A stretch of DNA of 64,000 nt from Rhodothermales bacterium (GTDB lineage Bacteria; Bacteroidota; Rhodothermia; Rhodothermales; VXPQ01): NCBI GenBank assembly GCA_022821845.1, contig JAJECT010000018.1, forward strand, positions 20,306 to 84,305, read 5' to 3'. Below are positions 58,449 to 64,000 of the stretch, piece by piece. The notes beneath the pieces were generated by a model. The model saw nothing but the letters and a program-made list of their open reading frames with translations. It did not search any database and was not told the DNA's origin. The translations under genes and the position numbers were made by a program. The first letter of the stretch is position 1; the number at the start of each line of letters is the position of its first letter.

Positions 58449-58597
58449 CGTCCGATGCGTATGCAATAAAAGGCGTTTTGCCGTGGCTATATGGATATAC
58501 CCTCTCTTAGCGATAAAAGCCGGTAAAGTTGCGTTTTCCTTCGGAACGAACGCCCGAAATCCGGCATTCAAGAATATTTTACCCCTTTTGGGCGCCC

Positions 58598-60925
58598 ATG
58601 TCAGACTCGCGATATTCCAAAGAAGAACTGGAACGCTACTTCAGCGACCCTTCCGCTCGGCGAAGCGGGCGCGGCAGGCCTGCCGCCGGCGCAAAGCGAG
58701 GGTATGTACGCCGCCTTTTCCGCAACGAAAATCAGGCGCAGGCGGCGTTCCCGCTTTTCCTCGTCGGGGGCGGTTTCCTTGCCTTTGCCCTCTTCCTCGG
58801 AGGATGGGCATTGCTGCTCTCGGACGAATTGCCGGATTTTCGGCAACTGGACAATCCTGATTTGCAACTGGCGACGGTCGCCTACACCACCGACGGCAAG
58901 GAACTTGCGCGCTACGCCTTCCAGAATCGCTCCTGGACCAGCTACGACGATATTTCCCCTCATGCCGTCAACGCGCTGGTCGCTACGGAGGACCGACGAT
59001 TCCATAGTCATTGGGGCATCGATCCGCGCGGCATGGTCGCCGCCGCCGTAGACGTGATTCGGAAGGGCGAACTGCGCGGCGCCTCGACCATTACGCAACA
59101 GCTGGCCCGCAACCTGTACAATCAGGATATCGGGTTCGAGGTATCCGTTTCCCGCAAACTCAAGGAAATGATTACGGCGGTGCTGCTGGAGCGGCGCTAC
59201 ACCAAGCGGGAAATCATCGAAATGTATCTGAATACGGTGCCTTTCAGCAACAACGCCTACGGAATCGAGGCGGCGGCCCGCACCTATTTCAGCAAATCGG
59301 CGAAGGAGCTGTCCGCGCTGGAGGGCGCTACGCTCGTCGGGATGCTGAAAGCGAATACGTATTACAACCCCTACCGCAATCCCGAAAACGCGCGGCGCAG
59401 ACGCAACGTGGTCCTGCGCCAAATGGCGAGCCAGGGCTTCGTTTCGCAGGCGTTCTACGACGAACACCAGGCCGATTCGGTCCGCACCGAGTACAACCCG
59501 TCTTCGGAAGTGACCGCCGCCCTGGCGCCCTACTTCGCCGAGCAAGTACGCCTGTGGATGCGGGAATGGGCCGCGGAAAACGGGCATAATCTGTACCGGG
59601 ACGGCTTGCGCGTCCACACGCCGCTGGACTCGCGAATGCAGGAAATCGCGCAACAGGCCGTGGACGAAAACATGGAGGGCCTGCAGGCCGTCGTGGATTA
59701 CGAATGGAGTTACGGAGGCAGGTTCTGGCCCGAACTCGAACCGTATCTGGAGCAAACCGACTACGAACCCTGGGCTCGTTACTGGCGCAACAATCCCGCA
59801 ACGCTCCGGTCCTTCGTTCGGGGCACGGAGCGCTACCGCGCGCTTCGCCGCCAGCGCGACATATCGCCGGAGGACGCCGTAGCCCAACTCAGCGAAAACG
59901 CCGCCTTCATGGATTCGCTCAAAACGGCCAAGACGCGGCTTCAGGCAGGGCTTGTATCCATCGACCCGCATAACGGGCACGTCAAGGCCTGGGTAGGCGG
60001 GCGCAACCTCAAGACCGAGTGGTACGACCATGTCAACAAGGCGGCGCGGCAACCCGGCTCGACGTTCAAGCCGTTCGTCTACACGGCGGCCATCGACAAC
60101 GGATGGGCGCCCTGGCATCAACTGCCGGATAGCGCGTTCTCCTATGTGGACCCGGTCACCCGCGTGCAATGGCGACCGCAAAACGCGGATGATCGGGCGT
60201 CGGGACGGATGATGAGCCTGGCCGAAGGGTTGGCCCAGTCGAAGAACACCATTACGGCCCGCGTGATCACCGAGCTGGTGAATCCGGAGGAGGTGGCGAA
60301 ATACGCGCAGCGAATGGGCATACGAAGCGAGCTGGACGCCGTCCCTGCGCTGGCGCTCGGCACCAGCGACATTACCTTGCTCGAACTGGCGACGGCGTTC
60401 GGCACGCTGGCAAGCGGCGGATTGCATCGCGAGCCGGTCCTGGTTACGCGCATCGAGGATCGCTACGGAAATATATTGTACGAGCATACCGACTCGCCAA
60501 GAGAGGCGCTCTCCCAGCAGACCGCGTACGCCGTCGTGAACATGATGCGGCGCGTGATTACCGACGGCACGGGGCGGCGCATCCGGGGTCAATTCGGGCT
60601 GTACGAATACGACCTGGCGGGCAAGACGGGGACCACGCAGAACAATGCGGACGGCTGGTTCGGCATGATGCACCCCGAACTGGTTACCGGCGCATGGGTG
60701 GGCTTCAACGACCGGCGCGTGGCCTTTCGCACGTTCTGGTGGGGACAGGGCGCGCACAATGCGCTGTTTCTGGTGGGGTCCTATTTCCGGGGCCTTGTCG
60801 ATTCCGAAGAAATCGAGGTGAGCCGGGACCCGTTCCCCAGCCCGGAAGAGGCGGGCTGGACGTACGACGCGCCCGGCGAAGAAGCGCAGGAAGTAAACGC
60901 CGGCGCGCGCAGCGTCGATTGGTAA
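58598..60925 (+). CDS. mrcA: Penicillin-binding protein 1A (bifunctional transglycosylase/transpeptidase)
   Basis: The GT51 motifs are EDRRFHSHWGIDP, GASTITQQLARN and RKLKEM. The transpeptidase motifs are GSTFKP (SxxK) and AGKTGTT. The start is set at MSDSRYS (58598). Confidence 0.92.
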   Translation: MSDSRYSKEELERYFSDPSARRSGRGRPAAGAKRGYVRRLFRNENQAQAAFPLFLVGGGFLAFALFLGGWALLLSDELPDFRQLDNPDLQLATVAYTTDGKELARYAFQNRSWTSYDDISPHAVNALVATEDRRFHSHWGIDPRGMVAAAVDVIRKGELRGASTITQQLARNLYNQDIGFEVSVSRKLKEMITAVLLERRYTKREIIEMYLNTVPFSNNAYGIEAAARTYFSKSAKELSALEGATLVGMLKANTYYNPYRNPENARRRRNVVLRQMASQGFVSQAFYDEHQADSVRTEYNPSSEVTAALAPYFAEQVRLWMREWAAENGHNLYRDGLRVHTPLDSRMQEIAQQAVDENMEGLQAVVDYEWSYGGRFWPELEPYLEQTDYEPWARYWRNNPATLRSFVRGTERYRALRRQRDISPEDAVAQLSENAAFMDSLKTAKTRLQAGLVSIDPHNGHVKAWVGGRNLKTEWYDHVNKAARQPGSTFKPFVYTAAIDNGWAPWHQLPDSAFSYVDPVTRVQWRPQNADDRASGRMMSLAEGLAQSKNTITARVITELVNPEEVAKYAQRMGIRSELDAVPALALGTSDITLLELATAFGTLASGGLHREPVLVTRIEDRYGNILYEHTDSPREALSQQTAYAVVNMMRRVITDGTGRRIRGQFGLYEYDLAGKTGTTQNNADGWFGMMHPELVTGAWVGFNDRRVAFRTFWWGQGAHNALFLVGSYFRGLVDSEEIEVSRDPFPSPEEAGWTYDAPGEEAQEVNAGARSVDW

Positions 60926-60937
60926 CCGCGAAAAAGG

Positions 60938-61861
60938 CTATTCGCCGCCCGCCCGTCCCCGCCAGGTTCGGCAACCGGATCGACGGAGGCGCTCCTCCGC
61001 TTCGGCGGCTTGCGTTGCGTCCTCGAACGCGCCGTACACCGCCGCGCCCGAACCAGACAGCGACGCATACGCGGCTCCCGTCTCTTTGAGGACGGCTTTC
61101 GCCGCAGCGATTCGAGGGTGCCGGGGCAATATGACCTGCTCGAAATCGTTCGTCAGTTCTGCGCGCCAGCGGTCGGGGTCGGCGGACAAGAGCGCCGCGC
61201 GCACGTCCGGGCGACGCCGGTCGTTCGGCTCGATGAGCGCATACGCGGCGGCGGTCGAAACCTGTACGGGCGGCGCCGCCACGACAAGGATATACGGAAA
61301 AACGTACGGCGCGCCGCCCTCGAAAAGCGGCGTCAGCGCGTCGCCGCGCCCGGCGCCAAACGCCGCCCCGTGGCCCGCCGCGAAGAACGCGGCGTCCGCG
61401 CCGACGGAGGCTGCGATGCGGACGAGTTCTTCCCGGGGACGGGCCAATTGCCACAATTCGTTGAGCAAATGCAGGGCCGTCGCGGCGTCGCTCGACCCAC
61501 CCCCCAGCCCGGCGCCCACGGGAATGGTTTTGCGCAAGGCGACCGTCGCGCCCTTGTCCGGGTCCAGGCGGCGGGCGGCGCGCCAGACCAGGTTGTCGGG
61601 ACCGGAGGGTACCTGGAGCAACGCATCGGCGGGCGCCGCGCCTTCCGCCGGGGTCACGTGCAGGGGGCCGGAAAACGGCGCCCCTTCGGCTCCCGGACGG
61701 CGGGCAGGCGGCTGCACAGACACTTCGTCGGCCCAGCCGATCCGCAAAAAGACGGTTTCAATGTCGCGATAGCCGTCGGGGCGCTTGCGAAGCACCTGCA
61801 AACCGAGATTGATCTTGGCGGGCGCGGCCTTGCGAAGCGTCGTGGCGCAGGAAGGAGGCAT
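60938..61861 (-). CDS. ispE: 4-diphosphocytidyl-2-C-methyl-D-erythritol kinase
   Basis: APAKINLGLQVLRKRPDGY and the GHMP loop IPVGAGLGGGSSDAA are present. The start is set at MPPSCAT (61861). Confidence 0.9.
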   Translation of the reverse strand: MPPSCATTLRKAAPAKINLGLQVLRKRPDGYRDIETVFLRIGWADEVSVQPPARRPGAEGAPFSGPLHVTPAEGAAPADALLQVPSGPDNLVWRAARRLDPDKGATVALRKTIPVGAGLGGGSSDAATALHLLNELWQLARPREELVRIAASVGADAAFFAAGHGAAFGAGRGDALTPLFEGGAPYVFPYILVVAAPPVQVSTAAAYALIEPNDRRRPDVRAALLSADPDRWRAELTNDFEQVILPRHPRIAAAKAVLKETGAAYASLSGSGAAVYGAFEDATQAAEAEERLRRSGCRTWRGRAGGE

Positions 61862-62162
61862 CGTATTTCCACAAAATGCGCGGTTCGCGGGCGCGATGGC
61901 GGACGGGAAAAAAGCGGACGGCGACGCGGAATGTTCGGGGAACCCGGCGACGCGCCGCGGGTTGCAGTGTTTTGCGCTACCCCTTGAAACCCCCGGAAAA
62001 AAGCCGTATTTTATCAAGATACGCATTTTGTTGACTTCTGCCGTCGCCCTTTCGCCTTTCCCGGTCGAGCCTGCCCGCATATCGTTACAGAATTCTCTCG
62101 TACTTCCATAATCCGAATGCTCCGAGGGCGGCTTCGCGCTTTTCGGCATCCCGGCAGACGGC

Positions 62163-63968
62163 ATGACAGGCCGAATCTTGTTTTTTTCGTTGCACAGGCG
62201 CTGCGCCATCTGGCGCGTTTCGGCGTGGACGATCCTCGCAATGTGCCTGCTGGCCCCAAGGGCGGCGCAAGCCCAGTTCGATTCCCCGTTGGGCAACGCG
62301 GCGTCTCCGGCGACCATCGGCCCGGAAACGAACCCGCTCCAGGACCAGCTCACCCGCTTTCAGGGCGCAGGGGGCGTCATTCCTCTGGAGGGAACGGTGG
62401 ATGCAGCACAATATATCGTGGGGCCGGGGGACCTCTTCGAAATATCCGTAGGCGGCCCGCAACCCCTCATGGCGCCAACCGCCGTATCTGCGGACGGGTA
62501 TTTGATTTTGCCGGAGGCCGGCGCGGTGCAGGTGGGCGGGCATTCCCTGCATGAAGCGCGCAGCCGGGCGAAAGCAGCGTTGCAGGAATCGTTCCGAAAC
62601 GTGCGCGTGGAAATCGCGCTGGCGCAACCGAGGCAGTTCTACGTGCATGTGTCGGGGGCCGTGCCTTTCCCCGGACGCTACCTGGCGACGCCCGTGGGGC
62701 GCGTGGCGGGCGTGTTGAGCCTGGCGTACGCGGATACGACCCGGGCGCCGACCGGAAATACGCGGTTTCGTCCCGCCTTGCGCAATGTCCTGCTGACCCA
62801 TACGGACGGAACGCAGGAAACGGTGGACCTGTTGCGGTATCATGCGACCGGCAGCACGGATCATAACCCGTACCTGCGGGACGGGGACGTCGTGTCCGTG
62901 CCTGCGTTCGATCCCGATTACGGCGCGGTTTTCGTATCGGGCAACGTGGCTTTTCCGGGGATATACGACCACCGGCCGGACGATACGCTTGCGGACCTGC
63001 TTGCCTTGGCCACCGGAGAAGAAACGCCCCGTCCTTCGCAACGCGTTCGCCTCTCCCGGGTACTGGAGGACGGCTCTGCGGAGGCCGAAATATACGAGGC
63101 GGACGCGCTGCAGGGCGAGGCGGGCGTTCCGGTGCTGGCGCGGGACCAGGTGCATGTGCTGGCTGAAGACATGGTGCGCGGCGTAGTCGAAATCGACGGG
63201 TGGGTGCAGTACCCCGGCGCGTATCCTATCCTGTCCGGCGAAACGACCCTGCAAGGCCTCGTAGCGCTTGCCGGCGGTTTGCGGCCGGGGGCGCTGGCGC
63301 GGGCGGCGCACCTCAAGCGGTCGCCCCTGCCCCTGCCCGAACCGGACTACGAAGCCCGCTTCGGCGCGCTTGCGGGCTTGCCCGACGCGGTTCCGGCAGA
63401 CACGCTGGCGCTCATGCAAGCGACTCGCCTGGCGGACATGGACTTCTTCGACAACGCGTATCTGAAGCATGACCTGCGGATGCAGAGCAGCGTACCCATC
63501 GATTTGACCGTGGCGCTCGACGAGGGGGCCGCCCCGATTCTTCTTCAGGATGGGGACAAGGTGTATGTGCCGCGCGACAACAACCAGGTTTTCGTTTTCG
63601 GACAGGTGAATCGGCCGGGATACGTCCCGCACCGGCCTGGCATGTCGCTACAGGAATATGTGCGCGCAGCAAGCGGACCGGGAGAAAACGCCGGAACATC
63701 CTACGTCATCAAGGCCGGGACCAATCGCTTCGCGGCGGCTTCCGAAACAACCATCGAATCGGGAGACCGCATCTTCGTGAATCGGGAAAACATGTTTGCG
63801 GACACGGAAGAATTGCAACGGCTCCTTACCGAAGGCGAGCGCCTGGACCTGGAAAACGAGCGGATGGGTTTAGAGAAACGATCCTTCACCTTCCAGACCA
63901 TTCTGACGACGGTTGGAACCATCACGGGCTTCGTCACCACGTACTTGCTGATCCAGCAACAGGAATAA
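62163..63968 (+). CDS. Polysaccharide export protein (Wza-like; Poly_export plus repeated SLBB-like modules) with a C-terminal TM helix
   Basis: It has a signal peptide. The Poly_export-like segment is YIVGPGDLFEISV...DGYLILPEAGAVQVGG. SLBB-like modules recur (V.G.V..PG.Y....T), and the C-terminal helix is hydrophobic. Confidence 0.8.
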   Translation: MTGRILFFSLHRRCAIWRVSAWTILAMCLLAPRAAQAQFDSPLGNAASPATIGPETNPLQDQLTRFQGAGGVIPLEGTVDAAQYIVGPGDLFEISVGGPQPLMAPTAVSADGYLILPEAGAVQVGGHSLHEARSRAKAALQESFRNVRVEIALAQPRQFYVHVSGAVPFPGRYLATPVGRVAGVLSLAYADTTRAPTGNTRFRPALRNVLLTHTDGTQETVDLLRYHATGSTDHNPYLRDGDVVSVPAFDPDYGAVFVSGNVAFPGIYDHRPDDTLADLLALATGEETPRPSQRVRLSRVLEDGSAEAEIYEADALQGEAGVPVLARDQVHVLAEDMVRGVVEIDGWVQYPGAYPILSGETTLQGLVALAGGLRPGALARAAHLKRSPLPLPEPDYEARFGALAGLPDAVPADTLALMQATRLADMDFFDNAYLKHDLRMQSSVPIDLTVALDEGAAPILLQDGDKVYVPRDNNQVFVFGQVNRPGYVPHRPGMSLQEYVRAASGPGENAGTSYVIKAGTNRFAAASETTIESGDRIFVNRENMFADTEELQRLLTEGERLDLENERMGLEKRSFTFQTILTTVGTITGFVTTYLLIQQQE

Positions 63969-64000
63969 GCGTAATGACCTCCGAAACCTTGCTCCCGCCA

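Noticed and set aside
63974-64000. An ATG-initiated ORF (MTSETLLPP...) starting 6 nt after the export-protein gene.
   Set aside because: Only 9 codons are visible before the window ends, so it cannot be supported. Positionally it could be a chain-length-determinant gene.

Overview
GC-rich bacterial chromosomal segment. Typical lines run about 60-70% G+C by direct count. The gene content (FloA, HprK, BamA, Kgd-type SucA) is compatible with a Bacteroidota/Rhodothermales-like organism, but that is a low-confidence inference. I can support about 55 protein-coding genes. I saw no rRNA, tRNA or CRISPR array by eye.

Most of the window is housekeeping:
- Cofactor and central metabolism: nadC (partial), moaC, ispG, ispE, a fused Kgd-type 2-oxoglutarate dehydrogenase E1, a GalK-like protein, a ROK sugar kinase.
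- Translation, tRNA/rRNA and nucleotide housekeeping: rpmE, rpsU, dtd, rdgB, fmt, rlmD-like.
- DNA repair: uvrB.
- Envelope and membrane: WbaP-like sugar transferase, Wza-like exporter, bamA, PBP1A, M23 peptidase, rhomboid, pgsA-like, PspA/IM30, a CNNM/TlyC-type protein, floA, ftsY.
- Other: M16 peptidase, STAS protein, hprK, MoxR ATPase, ABC-F ATPase.

Four accessory or unusual patches stand out:
1. 3.1-12.6 kb: an Fe-S DinG/XPD-family helicase with a long N-terminal extension, a Cys-less asparagine-synthase-like PP-loop protein and a large lipoprotein, followed by a type II R-M pair.
2. 14.7-19.4 kb: one ABC ATPase with three paralogous multi-pass membrane proteins.
3. 31.5-36.7 kb: a mosaic island of about 5 kb bracketed by an 88/89-bp direct repeat in the moaC leader. 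It carries AT-rich small membrane genes, an A-tract/iteron-like array with a wHTH ORF, a LAS-type (M15-like) peptidase lipoprotein with a poly-Gly/poly-Glu linker plus a secreted partner, and a transposase remnant.
4. 43.4-45.5 kb: two copies of a ~255-bp MITE-like element with covarying termini flanking rlmD, plus a 14-bp tandem array.

A cross-cutting oddity is strongly AT-rich cassettes that lie in frame inside otherwise GC-rich genes (the helicase and the ABC-associated membrane proteins).

All calls come from reading the sequence and ORF translations. No database or HMM search was possible, so family names rest on recognised motifs, and start codons are best guesses.
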